Origin: the human T2T-CHM13v2.0 reference genome, Homo sapiens
NCBI RefSeq assembly: GCF_009914755.1
Contig: NC_060933.1
DNA length: 64,000 nt
Strand: one strand, 5' to 3'
The notes beneath the pieces were generated by a model. The model saw nothing but the letters and a program-made list of their open reading frames with translations, was not told where the DNA came from and did not search any database. Positions 13,786-26,814 of the stretch are shown in pieces (position 1 is the stretch's first letter; the number at the start of each line of letters is the position of its first letter). The position numbers were made by a program, and so were the translations under genes.

Positions 13786-15443
13786 TGCCAAATGGCTTTT
13801 TCAAAAGGTTCAAAAGTTTACACTAACTTATACTCACACCAGCACTTATAAGCCTGTGCCTGTTTTCTTATAGTCTCACAAAAAGTACACATTTATAAAA
13901 TAATTTTTACTTTTTCCCATTATGCTAGGAGAAAAGTAATCTCTCTTACATTAAATGTATTTAATTACTCAAATGCTTTCAGAAAAGGGACGTTACATAC
14001 CAGAGACAAATAAATAGAATAGTAGTTGTATCTCTTTACTAGATGCTTTTCATTATTATCACTTTACAACAAGGCTGGAAAGATTCTCTCCTCATAAAAA
14101 TATGAAATGAAGCTCTGAGAGAATAAACTTTTTCACAAATATCACCACTGGTAAAGCTCAGGTGTGTGATCAAATAACATAGCTTTATTTTACAATAACT
14201 AGGAGCAAGATGTTTTGTTAGGGACCGATCATGCAAATAAATCAGTCCCAGAATGGCATTCAAAGAATACAGAAAGCTATATGTTTATATAATTATCCAA
14301 CGTGGTGATTTATTTCAGATATGTCAAAATACCACTTTCTATGCATAAGGCATGTAGGTGAACAGAAAATAAATGACACATTTTTCTTCTCAAGATGCTT
14401 ACAATATGTTAAAGAAGGTAAGTAATAAATATAAGTAAGTATAATCCAAAATAGCATGTCATAAAATAAAGTGAGGAAAGCAGAAATATAACAGTTTCTC
14501 AGGAAAGAGGGTTTCTGAAATTAAAATCTTGAAGGTGGATCAGATGCCTTTTAATATATGAGAGATTACTTTTCTTCTAGCATATTGGGAAAGAGAAAAA
14601 TTATTTTATAAATGTGGACTTTTTGTGAGACTATAAGAAAACAAGCACAGGCTTATAAATGCTGGTGTGAGTATAAGTTAGTGTAAACTTTTGAAACTTT
14701 TGAAAAAGCCGTTTGCGAAATAGGAGGCAGATTATGTCCACACCCAGATGTGTAAAGGCAATGAAGTTTGAGGAAGTATGTAGCTAAGTTATCACAGGGT
14801 TATAAATGTGCATTTTCAAGTATTTCAGACACTGGGTATAATCAGAAGTGCAAAGACAAAGATGTGCCTTATGGACTGAGTCCTTTCATGTTAGAACAAT
14901 GTCCTGGGTGTTGGTAGACAAGGAGGTGAGGTTAACCAAGAGGGGAGAAGAAACAGGAAAATTTCTGTTAGCCTACTCCTTGATGCTAATAGATTTAACC
15001 ACAGTAAATATGAATGTTTTTATGTCATATGTGAGATATATGAGTTATTTTATGTATGTAATAGCTATCAAATTGTTATGTGCTCCTGGAGGAGTCAGTG
15101 TGCTTGAACTAATTTGAAGGAGACTCTTTTGTTAGACTGGATGTGGAAAAGAAGAAAATAGTAAGAGAACACCAGGTTGGAGTGGGGGAGATAGAGGGAT
15201 GCACCCAGAAACATAATTAAAGTGTGTTCTCTGTGTCTTCCAATGTGGTCATATCTGTGACCTAGAGAAGAAGAAGCTACAAGCAGAAACTGAAGGAGAT
15301 CTTCTCAAAGAGCCCATCGTGAGGCACAAGGTGAACAAAGGACTGTATAAGGATCCAAAGGACTATGTGATCACAAAATAGGAAGATGGATGTCTTCTTC
15401 TTATCCATGCAGAGCATGGCATAACTGATGCTTGAAAGTTCTA

Positions 15444-15642
15444 TTCCTGTCCAATTAAGTGACCCTTAGCAACTTTTGGCTATTTAAATTTAAAATAATT
15501 CAAATAAAATTTAAAACTCGGCCCCTTATTCACACTAGCCATATGTGTGCTCAACAAGTCCTTGGAGCTAATGGTTACCATACTGGACAGTATAGATATA
15601 AAGAATTTTCATAAATACAGAAAGTTCTGTTGGATAGGGATA
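15444..15642 (-). mobile_element. MER3 hAT-Charlie MITE
   Basis: CTGTCCAAT ... GGCTATTTAAATTTAAA ... CAGAAAGTTCTGTTGGATAG. Confidence 0.75.
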
Positions 15643-16009
15643 GAACTTGACCACAGGACTGAGCAGAGCAAAGACCAAGACTGTGATACTTGATGGGAGA
15701 CAGAAAAAGAGGTGGACATGACAGCATAACAAGGAAGTCTGGAAAGACACTCCTTGAAGACACTTTGGACCACTTGAGAGCACTATCAGAGAGATATGGC
15801 CCTCAGGAAGCTAATGAGCAAAAGAGCCAGTATAATTTACGCCATTGTTGTTAATGTGTCCCCACTTATATAATTGTGAAGCTTGAGTAACAAGTGTAAA
15901 GTTAATTATATAAGAGACCATATCTTACACACTGAGAATGTGCAGATAAAATAGAGTCAACCTACCCAGCCTCAGTCAACAATAACGACCAGTATTACAA
16001 GTACGACTA

Positions 16010-16200
16010 GTTGCTAACATATATTGGACACATACAATATGGTAGGCACTGTTCTAAGTGGTTGGAATGCATTAACTCATTGGATCCTTACAGCAGCTCT
16101 AAGAGATTGATGCTCAAGTTATCCACATTTTCAGATAAGGAAACTAAAGCAAGGCTGGATAATACAGGCTGCCTGACTTCAGGGCCCATACCCTTTTTCA
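16010..16200 (-). mobile_element. MIR SINE
   Basis: AGGCACTGTTCTAAGTG ... ATTTTCAGATAAGGAAACTAAAGC. Confidence 0.75.
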
Positions 16201-16486
16201 CAATGAAAGTGGAAATGACTAATTCTTCATATCCCAATGGCAGAGGAATATTAGACATATTCTGAAATCAGTGAGGACAAATCAATGGACAGTTATTAAT
16301 ACTGAGATACATTTGATTAATAATTTGGTTAAAGACTGAATAAAATATTTAAAAGTAACACACCAAAATGTCAAACCAAGTCAGAAAAGCACTATTTCAC
16401 ACAGACGTAACAAGCAAATGGATATATAACTCAGACAAGAATGTAATGAATGAACCTCAAAATATAGTTTCTGTGATGATCTAGGT

Positions 16487-16666
16487 CAGGGATAGCAAAG
16501 ATGCTTTAATTTCCTAGGCCAACGCTGATTGATTGTGGTGCTGGAGTGGAGATGTGTTGAGAATTCTGAGACTCAATAAAAATGCATGCAATAATTAATT
16601 AGTAATGTCTAACATAGTTGGGGAAGGCAGATAATCAGCATATATATCAAGTATCTGTGATTCCTG
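16487..16666. mobile_element. MER117-like hAT-Charlie element
   Basis: CAGGGATAGCAAA ... TGTGTTGAGAATTCTGAG ... GATTCCTG with TIR-like ends. Confidence 0.55.
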
Positions 16667-19159
16667 ATTTGGAGAGATGTGGAGGAAGGCATTTCAGGTT
16701 TAAAGCAAAACTTTTTAAAAAAGTAGCAAGTTAGCCTACATGTGCATAATCCTGCACATAAAAAATTTGACCAATTTTGAAGAAACAATGTATACTATAG
16801 GGCCAGAAAAGAAAACTATAGTCAAGTTGCAAAATGCAAGTTATAGTAAAGTGTAACAATTTTATTGTCTCTATGAATTTAGGAATTGATCTGTCATTGA
16901 GATGGAAAATCATAATGAATTCCTATTATTTTCATGAGTTTTTGGAGTGGATACTAAATTTTGGTGAGTTGATGACGGAAAGAAGGAACTGGCAAGATTA
17001 TAGCTTATAGTGTATGTCACTGGCCTAAAAGATGTAGGTAGTCCTTGATATAGTCTTTTTTCCTTCCCATCTATACTCATATATTTTTTATTCTATCATT
17101 GCTGAGAGTTTAGGCAGTTGAACAAATACTGAGGCAAAATGGAAGGCACTGTTTCTTCACTTCACTCTGTCCTCAGAGAAGGCTCAGCCCTGAGGCTCTT
17201 TACCAGCCACTCATAACTCTTCTTTTTAGCATTAGCTGAAAATATTTATATAGTACCTTTTGGTAGAGAGCCATGAAGTATCATGTTACTCAATAGGGAA
17301 GATAGCTCAGTAGAGATAAGAAGGTTGATTAGATTTTGTTTATTCTCTATCCTGAGTGTGAAAATGTAATGCTTGGAGAGGTAAAATTATTGTCAGAAGA
17401 GCAAAGTGCTGATCTCTCTTCTCTCAGAAGATGGGTGGGAGGATCCTTGTGCGCTCTTACATTGCATCATTACCTTTTCCAGGATTCTTCTATAGTATGA
17501 GTCATCATGGATATGAGTCCTTGGTGGATCCGTTTATGGGTTGTGTTGATGTTGTGGATTATTGGCAGCTTACATAGGCATGGCTTGTACTAAATACTCA
17601 ATGTTTATTTGCTGAACTGAATTAAATGTATCATTTACATGTTCACACATAATTACCCATAACACATTAAGCAATACACCAAGTGTCTATTGAATGAAGA
17701 ACATTCATGGTGTAACCCAGAAGGCACAGCTATAATAGAAGATCAATTTTTATTTTGTTTTGTTCAAACAGGAAGAGTTTTGTTGCATCCAAAGATAATA
17801 TGACCCCTTTCATATGCCAAAGGAGAAACCAACCAACCAACCAAAAAAAAAAAAAAAACCAAAAACCACAAGTCACTACAATGAATACAGGTCATCATTA
17901 CATAGGCATTCCTAACATTAACAAAAGAAGACTCAACATCAAAAGACTGTCCTTCCAGGAACTTGTCAAGCATGAACTAAGACTGAATAAGGGTCTTGCA
18001 GCAGGAGCCATATATCCAGGCATAGAGAGATGGTGTAAGGCCAGAAGAGAAGGACCCAAAACAGTTGCCAGGGAAGATTCAGATAAAGGTTTCTAGTTAC
18101 ACTACTTAAAAATTACCATCAATTTTTAGTAAAAAGAGGTTAAATGAGTTACAAAAAATCCTTACTTCCTATAGTATTGTCTTTAGCTATGTATCACAAA
18201 GTATATACAGTTAAAAAACAAGAAACCAAATGAGGACCCAGCTCACAAGAGTCATTACAGGTCATGGCAATTTAAATTAAGCTGGTCTTAAATAGTTTTG
18301 AATGTTGCGAAAAGAGTTTTTCTCTGGTTTTGCTCTGAGGCTTTGCATTTTTAAAAGAGCATTGAACAAAGTTACAACTAAGCGATATGTTAGTACAAAG
18401 AGAAAAATTGCAAAGGCTACAAATACACACACACAAATTTTCAATATGCTATGATGAATATAACATAATATAATGCCTACCATTAATTTTGCAATAAGGT
18501 CAAGGCAATGATGTTATCAGCAATGAACGAAAGCAGAGTGATTCTTGACACAGTCAGAATTAAGCATTAATAATGTTTCCTATTTGTGTCGTAATGGGGT
18601 GTGATTTGCCTCCGACAGCACCTTTTATTATCAGTACAGCCAGGCATCTATGTTTTCCATCTGAGGTGGTCATTGTTCTAATTATTCCCACATGCTTACC
18701 ATCCTCAATACATGCGAAATAATACCAGTAATGCATTTTTAAAAAGAAGCAATATGCTTAAATATATTATAGATACTCTGTCATCCTGGATTGCTTTTTA
18801 CTCTTTAGACTGTAGAAAGCTGCGTGGCTATTTTACGTTGATAGGCATTTGTATTGATTGGAGGAGTAAAAAGAAAGTACTCATTACAGAGCTGCTAACA
18901 GTGTAATTATAGAGTGGCACCCACGCTGGGGTGTGTTAGGAATCACGTTCCTGTTTTAACATCATGTAGAGTGTAACACCGGTAGCTTAGTGGAATATGC
19001 CCTTTGTACTTATAATTGCTTGCAATTAGTCCAGGGTAGTAGGTATCTTTTTATCTCCTACCTATCAGAATTCTGATGTTGGGATATTGGTCATCGGATT
19101 TACTTGCAATACTTAAAACTGTCGAAATTCATACAATAAAATTTATTTCTTTTTAGACT

Positions 19160-19345
19160 TTAGCTTAATGGTTAGAGGCCTCAATTTCAATCTAGGTTCT
19201 GTCACTTACCAGCTCTGTGAGCTTGGGGAAATTTCTTCATCTTTCCAACCCTCGGTTTTCTTATCTGAAATGTGGGGTTACTAATGCCACCCCTGGAAGA
19301 TTTATGAAAAGAATAAATTATGGAGGCAGAGTACTATGCGTGCGA
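19160..19345 (+). mobile_element. MIR SINE
   Basis: CTGTCACTTACCAGCTCTGTGAGCTTGGG ... CCTCGGTTTTCTTATCTG. Confidence 0.75.
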
Positions 19346-20014
19346 AAAAACAGCAGCTGGAACAATGTTGTCATGGTTATGGCACATGAATCAGTTGATC
19401 CAGAATCTAAATTATTTTTAGGATAACGTTACGTTTTCAGTAGTGACCTAGCATCCTACCAATATGTTTCCTGTAATATTAACAGAAATTGGCACGTTCA
19501 GTTAGTATCTAATTGTCTTAAAGATGTTTAAAAATTCCATAGACCGGGCTCACACTCTTAAAGTTTCTTGAAGCCTTTAAGAACGGTTCTTTCAACCGTT
19601 CGGCTGAACTTCCTTTTCCCTGTGGTTGGGTTTCCTATTCATTTGTCAAATTGCTTGAGTTTCATGCTGCTAAAAGCAAATTTACATGCAGATCCAGCAC
19701 AACTTGAGGTTCTTGGCCAGTCTACAACTGACCAGTTCACAGCCTTCCTCTATGGAAATGCAGAAGGTAAAAAAGGGAGCAATTTTCCTCTGAGTGAAAT
19801 CCTCCAGGCCTCACATGCCTGTATTTTATCTCCGACTTCTTACAGAAATTCTGGTTCTGGAATTAAAGCAGAGGCTTTTTAACCATCAATAACACTAATA
19901 TTTTCTCCCTTAAAGTTTCTGTTTGACAGAGTTTTATGGTCCTAACAAAGGTATCAGATTTCTCGGCTGGAGTGCACAGAGTTTAGTGGACAATGACAAA
20001 CTCTAGAGAAGCAG

Positions 20015-20120
20015 TTAGGTCTAGCTCCTAATTCTAGTTCTGTTACTCCTTCGCTGTGGGAGCGGCAGCCAGTTACTTAGATTCCCAGAGCTTCAGTTTT
20101 TTCCATTCATGCAGTGATTG
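20015..20120 (+). mobile_element. MIR fragment
   Basis: AGTTACTTAGATTCCCAGAGCTTCAGTTTTTTCCAT. Confidence 0.5.
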
Positions 20121-21044
20121 TAATCACAGCTCCTTCTTGGGTGTTTTGGGTGAAAAGTAAAAGAGAAAATACATAAAAAGAAACCTGTAGAATCTCTTCC
20201 ATTTTTCCTGTGATATTTCTTTTTGTATTCCAATGATAAGGAAATCCCCTAAACTTATTTTCCCCTGCTGTAGAGTACAGACGGCACCTGCGAAGCTATA
20301 AGATGTGTGTCCAATTAAAAACATTTCAGCTCTTTTGCTTACAATATCAGAGTTAATAAACTTATAGCTAGAGAATGGACCATATACTCTACTCTAATAC
20401 AATGCTTATCTCTGTATATGGAAAGATTGAAACATATTAGTGACAAAAGCTGAAATTTTAAAACGTTTTCCTTTACTCACTTATACCATGCATTATTTAA
20501 CTGATGTAGGGCAAAGTCATTTAAATTTTGTCCTTTAGACAGAATTCATCTGTCCCTTCATGTGCAAAATAGTTTACCTTAATTTCCCATAGGTAGAAGG
20601 TTTGAAGTTTCTCCTGTGAATTCTGGCTTCCCAAATTATACTTGCACAACCAGTAAACAGGACAGAGCCATGCGGTAAGAGGGCAGCACTCGCTTCACAG
20701 AGCCTACTAATGTCTCAGAGAGAGGAGACCTCAGTCAGGATATTGCTGAGGTTTTGAAGTCTGGCTTCAGACAGGTCTGTCAATGCAGGGACTTCATTAG
20801 GGCTGGAGAAAAATAATGAAATAAAGGTTTTGGAGTATTGGCTAAAGCAAGGTGTTTTGAGGCAAGATCTTCAAAGAGCCTTGGGGTGTAAACTGGCATG
20901 TGATGATTTCTACTGAAAAGCTGATGAATTAGAAAGTTCTCAGAATAAAAAGTAAAGTCATTTGTAACTTTTATCTTCCTGAGCAAGAGTCCCTTGAAAT
21001 AATCACGTTCTCTTTAAAAAGACAGTGGAATAGTAAATGTTAAT

Positions 21045-21420
21045 GTAGATACTCATCAGACTGGTAAAATTAACACCTTTTTTGGGGGGATGATAAAAAA
21101 AGGGGTCCTCTTAAATATTGGAAATGTGAAGTGTTACAGTTTTTAAGTAATCTAATATCCTCTTTTAGACATAAAAGGTTATATATTTATACATTGTTTA
21201 TGGTAGCAAAACTTGAAAGCAAAATGAGTGCCCATCAATAGGAAGATACATTATGGTATACTCAAACCATAGAATTTTACAGCTATTACAAATAAGCTTT
21301 ATTGAGAGAATTTGCATGAAGTACTGTTGCGATAGAGATGTGTAATATGACTTCATTTTTTATAAAATAAAAAATGTGTTTCTATGTGTGTGGATGTATG
21401 TGTATGTGTGGAATGTATAT
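21045..21420 (+). mobile_element. Ancient L1M (L1ME-like) 3' fragment
   Basis: CATTGTTTATGGTAGCAAAA ... TGCCCATCAATAGGA ... ATTATGGTATACTCA. Confidence 0.5.
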
Positions 21421-21612
21421 TGTGAACAGCAAAATGCATTGCACAATTTTGATTTTATTATTCAGGCTATTGCAATAGGGAGAATGTTCATTAATGAAGG
21501 ACATCTTGAAAAAATAACAAAAAAAGAACAGAAAAAAAGGGAGTACTAGTTTTATAAAAAGAAAAACAATAAAGTCATAAAAGGTGAAAGAGAGATTTCT
21601 AAGTCCTGAGGA

Positions 21613-21693
21613 AGGACTTAGAAAAAAAAAGTGGGTCTTAGAAAAAAAAAAGTGGGTCTTAGAAAAAAAGGACTTAGAAAAAAAAGTGGGTCT
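21613..21693. repeat. Short tandem array, ~20-22-bp unit CTTAG(A)7-10GTGGGT
   Basis: Four CTTAG(A)n units, three followed by GTGGGT. Confidence 0.85.
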
Positions 21694-24599
21694 TTTTTCA
21701 TAATATGGGAGGGGGCAGGTAAGATGGCTCTTTGAGGTTACAAAAGGGTTCTGGGGTGTTTCACACACCATTGCTTTGTGAGATCACAGAACTCTGAGTT
21801 CTGCATTGTACATATGTCTATATGAATTTGTATGTATAACGTGTATTCATGTGTAATTGTATATATACGTGTATATACACTAAGATAATAGGTGAGTACT
21901 ATGGGGGTTCAAGAGCAGAGATCAAGCAAAAAAGGAAAAATCTCTGCCTTATAAAACAACAAGTAACATGATCATATTACTCATTTACATATAATTTAAA
22001 CATAGATCAATCAATTTATTCATGTATATAAGAACATTTGGATAATAGTAATAGAAATAACATTAAGTTTAATAGCACATATTTTTCTGAGCATAAAATG
22101 AACGCATAGAACAACTAGATAGTATTCAAAGCATCTGCAGGTTTAGCTGTCTTTCTACGGCAACTTTACACAGACAGACATTCTTATTTTTCCGTCAAGA
22201 AAAATTGTGTCCATTTCCATTGTGTTCTCAGATTCACAATTAGAACAGTGTCATATTTAAAATAATTTTTTAGTTTGATATTACAAAAATTCTATAAGCA
22301 TAGAATTGCTTTAATTGAGTAAAATACATGGGTAATACTTTGCCAAGTATTCACATGTTCAGTAGCCTTTGTAATCCTTAACACGTGACTTTATTACTTC
22401 CAAGAAAAATTGTCTGGGGGCTCAATAAGTTCAAGAAAGGAATGCTCCTGTGATATTAGAGAGGTTTGGTAACAAAGATCTAATTAGGAACAATCACTTC
22501 TCCACATCCCTATCATTAACATATACCATTGCATTTTTTAAACTAAAACTGAATGAGCTTAAAAATATAATAATCCATGCCTTAAGATTACAAATCTTAC
22601 CAGAACAATAAGTGAGCAATTTCCAAGTAAATGAAGTACTGCCTCCCCTGTGGTTTAATTGTGTTTTGTGTCCTCTTATTGTCCTTCTGATGACATTTTC
22701 CCACCTTATTCAAGAGCTCTACCTATAGTTAGGGCAGCTTTGGGAACAGACTCTATTCATTTCCCAGATAAAAAGATGAACAAGAAGAAAAAGCACTAGA
22801 ACAAGGCTCTTGTCCTCTGAATGTGTACTCCAAATGATGTTGGAACAAGAGGCAGATGTAAAAAGAGGATAGCTTACAATGTGAAATCCTTCTTGACATA
22901 AGTGAGATTTCTGAAGCAAAATTAATTTTCAATAAAAATTAAAATAAAATATTTTCTAATAATGAATATGCACTGAAGAATCTAAGATAGTCACACAAAA
23001 AATAAAGACATCTAGAGCATTCCATTCACCAAGACAATCACTTTCTCTTTTCTTTTAAGTGGAATTCCTTTTTCCAAATCTTAACCTTCATTCCTTCAAC
23101 ACACAAGTCCTTAATACTTGCGGCATCTTATTTTGTCCTCATTTCTCATAATATCAGAATAAAACAGTTTTTCTATAATAGTGCACTTATTTGAGATTCT
23201 GTTTTTACTTGAGTGCTTGCAAAAATGGAATAAAGAGAATGAACCAATAAAATGATAACTTGAAGAGTAGTTCTAATCCTCAAAATGGGATTAACCCAAG
23301 GGAAAAAGAGTTGTAATTATTCGGCTTCCTACAAAACAAAGCTAGTTCCCACATGCCTTCTCCTTTTGGCTCTTTCTTCTTTATTTACAGTACAGTAGGA
23401 CTTTTGAGTGAAGGAATGGCAAACAGTTAATAAAACCTTTGATGGGTATTAATTACTTTCCACTTAATTACCTGCCTTGTGGATCTTGTTGAGCTATTGA
23501 TTACTGGCAAACATACATCCCACTGGGGATAAGTGTGATTTAACTTCATCCAAAGAGTCAATTAGCCCAAGTAACATAGGGAGAGCTGGTGCTTTGCCTC
23601 AATAGCTGGAGATTCTTGCCAAGAAGGGTAGATATGCATTTATTTGTTCATTAAAACACAGTGTTACTATCAACAGGAGTCACTTACCAGGTGTTATTGA
23701 GATTGGTAAAATGTTACTCTGTGTCATCAAAGATTAGCTGCATGGTGTGGAAGCAACATGGGCAAAGGGATGTTTTTCTTGCTTGAGAACCCTGAAAGAA
23801 CTGGTGAGGTTTTGAGATTAACCTTAGAGGTATAGTCCAAGTGCTGTTCTCTATTTTATGAAATTATAACCAAACAACTCTATCAAATACACCTACACAC
23901 AACTATAGTTTACAAAGACAACGTTGCCTTCTGCTGCATGAAATTCAGGATCCCAGATTTTTTTCTTTGATATGCTATACCAAAAGAGCAAGATGTTTTC
24001 TGCAACTTCACTTAATAATTTACTGATTTCTGTGTTCATTTCTGCCAGCAAGTCAATGGGAAAAAAATACTTGAAATTCAGGTCTTTGGTGGATTGGGGG
24101 AGAGGAGGAAAAATTGTGTGAGAGAAAGAAAAATTGTTCCATTGACCAAACTTTGGCATGAAATTATACTTTTAAACCCATAAGAAAATTCACAAAGCTG
24201 ATATTCTTAAAACTTTATCTATTTAGCTTCAAATTAGAATTTTTAAAACATCTTATTAGGTAGCTCTTTTGTAGTATTCCTATGAGAAGAATTAATCCTG
24301 TAAAATATGTCAAACTCTAGGAGTTAGCAAGGGATAGAAGAATATGCTGAATTGCAGGTGAGTTAGAACTTTGATCAATAAATTATGTGAAGCAGAAATT
24401 TTATTGTGAAAAGTTGTAATAATACAAAAACCCACAATATTTTATTTAAAAATTAGGGCATGCAGAGTGTAAATAATTTGCTTTGTTGTGGAATTCAGTG
24501 TGTGCTGAATCAATAGGGTGATTACTCCAAAGTTGACTATTGAATACATGTAAATAACAGTTACTAACATTTGTATTATTAAGAAGTTTACATTATCAT

Positions 24600-24790
24600 T
24601 GTATAACCATCATCATATTTTATCGTACAGACTTTTCATAATATTCAGGTGAGATACAGTAATCGTTATCTACTCATTTTGAGAAAGTTGGAACTGAGGA
24701 GCAGAAAAGTTTAAATAACTTGGCTACGGACACCTAAGTTCTCCAATCAGAACTTGGTCTCAAGTCACCTGGACTTCAAATCTTCCCTCC
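24600..24790 (-). mobile_element. MIR SINE
   Basis: GGAACTGAGGAGCAGAAAAGTTTAAATAACTTGGC core. Confidence 0.55.
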
Positions 24791-25798
24791 ACTCCTTCTT
24801 GGTTAGTCTTTTAGCATGATCTTGCACTGTGAACTCTGAAGACAGAAAACAGTTAACTCAGAGTGAATGTGAATATCTACCTCTGGGGTCAGTTTAACTG
24901 CTAGTGTGGTATTTTTTCGTTTTGCTCTTGTTCCCTGCACTGTAATTTTTGTGTCCTGCTTCTCTCTCATCCCCTTTCTCTCTTACGCATTTCCTTTTCC
25001 TTTGGCTTTTTGTGATAATGTTATATACTTGCTAGAGTGAACAGATTTATTTCCATCATTGCAGTGTGATAATTAAAATATTTTAAACAAGAAATTAACC
25101 TCACCATTGCCTGCACTTTTTAAAAGTATTTTTTTCTGATTAAAGCAGGAAATTCAGGCACAAAAGGAGAGGATACTCATGCTTGTCATCTTCACATTTC
25201 AGGTATTTGGGTGTTATTGCTCCAAGGGGTGTTCCTGCTGAAAGACACAGAATGTATATGTCACCTCTATCCATCAGGTCAAAAGATCTTGCCAACAACA
25301 ATATTCACATTAATGCCCAGTTGGTCTCCCTGTTTACAAGAGGCGTTCTTGTGAAAGGCCCTACTTTTTAGATTAAATATTTCCTGTGCCAAAACATTCT
25401 GCATCAGTGAGTTAAAACAGACTATAGTCCAAAAGGATATATCCTGGCTGTGAGCACAGATTTGGTATAATTTGAGTTTTTTCTTGTTTTATTTTTAAAA
25501 CAAAATATATCGGGCTTATGATTATTAGAGAAACTCAGATTTAAGGCTCAGGAAAATGTAAATGACAGCTAAAGATAATTCCAAAATCTTCTCTGTTTTC
25601 TCCAATACCTTGACTAATAGATTGTCTCATAAAACTTTATTTTTCTTTTCTTTTAGTCTCCAAAGGTCTATTTTTCTGCAGAAAGCTAATGAATCCTGAC
25701 AGAGTTTCTGAAAAGCTAAACATATATTTTTTGTGCAAATTAGAAAATTTGGCACAAAGCCATACATTTCCAGTTTCACAGGGTAGAGCTGTGCATTA

Positions 25799-26110
<312 letters not shown>

Positions 26111-26142
26111 TCAAACCACCAGCTCCCTTTTTACAAAACGAT

Positions 26143-26174
26143 GTGTGTGTGTGTGTGTGTGTCTGTGTGTGTGT
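26143..26174. repeat. (TG)n microsatellite
   Basis: (TG)10 TC (TG)5. Confidence 0.95.
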
Positions 26175-26239
26175 AAACTCCTTGTTTAGTAGTTGTGATG
26201 AAGTAGAGAGGGAATTGCAAACATCTGACAAATAGGTTT

Positions 26240-26430
26240 CATTGAGGTACATCTTTGTATATATTATCTCATCTAAATCTCAAAACAACCTATTTAGTTT
26301 GGAATTTTTGTTTCTATTATACTGACAAAGAAGATAAGGCACAGAGAGGTAAAACAATTTGTCTAAAGAAACATACTCAGTAAATGATTTAATCCCATCT
26401 TAGTTGACTGAAAAACCAAAAACTCTCCAT
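26240..26430 (-). mobile_element. MIR SINE
   Basis: AAGGCACAGAGAGGTAAAACAATTTGTCTAAAG. Confidence 0.65.
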
Positions 26431-26607
26431 CCTAACTTCCTGCTTTCCTGGGAAACACTTTATAAGCCCAGGAGGCAGTTATTCTTTTTACTCCTCACAA
26501 GAACGATGTAGAACAAATGAATTTTGACTCTTAAACTATAGCATATATGTAGCATTTAAAAATTCAATTTCTTGAGCATCAAAGCAATCACAAGGCTAAA
26601 AATTTAT

Positions 26608-26814
26608 AGTGGCAGCTGACATTTCCTTGTAACGGACATGATAATAAATATTTTTAGGGCCATATAAGTTTGTATTACATACTCTTGCTTGCTTTTGTTT
26701 ATTTGTTTTTATTTCACAACCCTTTATTAAAATAAAAAAATTCTTAGCTGAGTGACCATACAAAAACAGCCCTTAGACAATATTTGGCCCACAGTCATAG
26801 TTTGATGACCCTTG
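26608..26814. mobile_element. MER58 (C-like) hAT-Charlie MITE
   Basis: ATAATAAATATTTTTAGG ... CATACAAAAACAG ... ATTTGGCCCACAGTCATAGTTTGATGACCCTTG. Confidence 0.7.

Noticed and set aside
13402-13851. 149-aa ORF and nearby G-runs as a gene or G-quadruplex
   Set aside because: The ORF is an F/S/L-rich product of the CT tract; only three closely spaced G-tracts, and the fourth needs a loop over 20 nt
21421-21790. Possible antisense ERV1-class LTR fragment
   Set aside because: Only a short motif (TATTCAGGCTATTGCAATAGGGAGA) is suggestive; family and bounds cannot be supported
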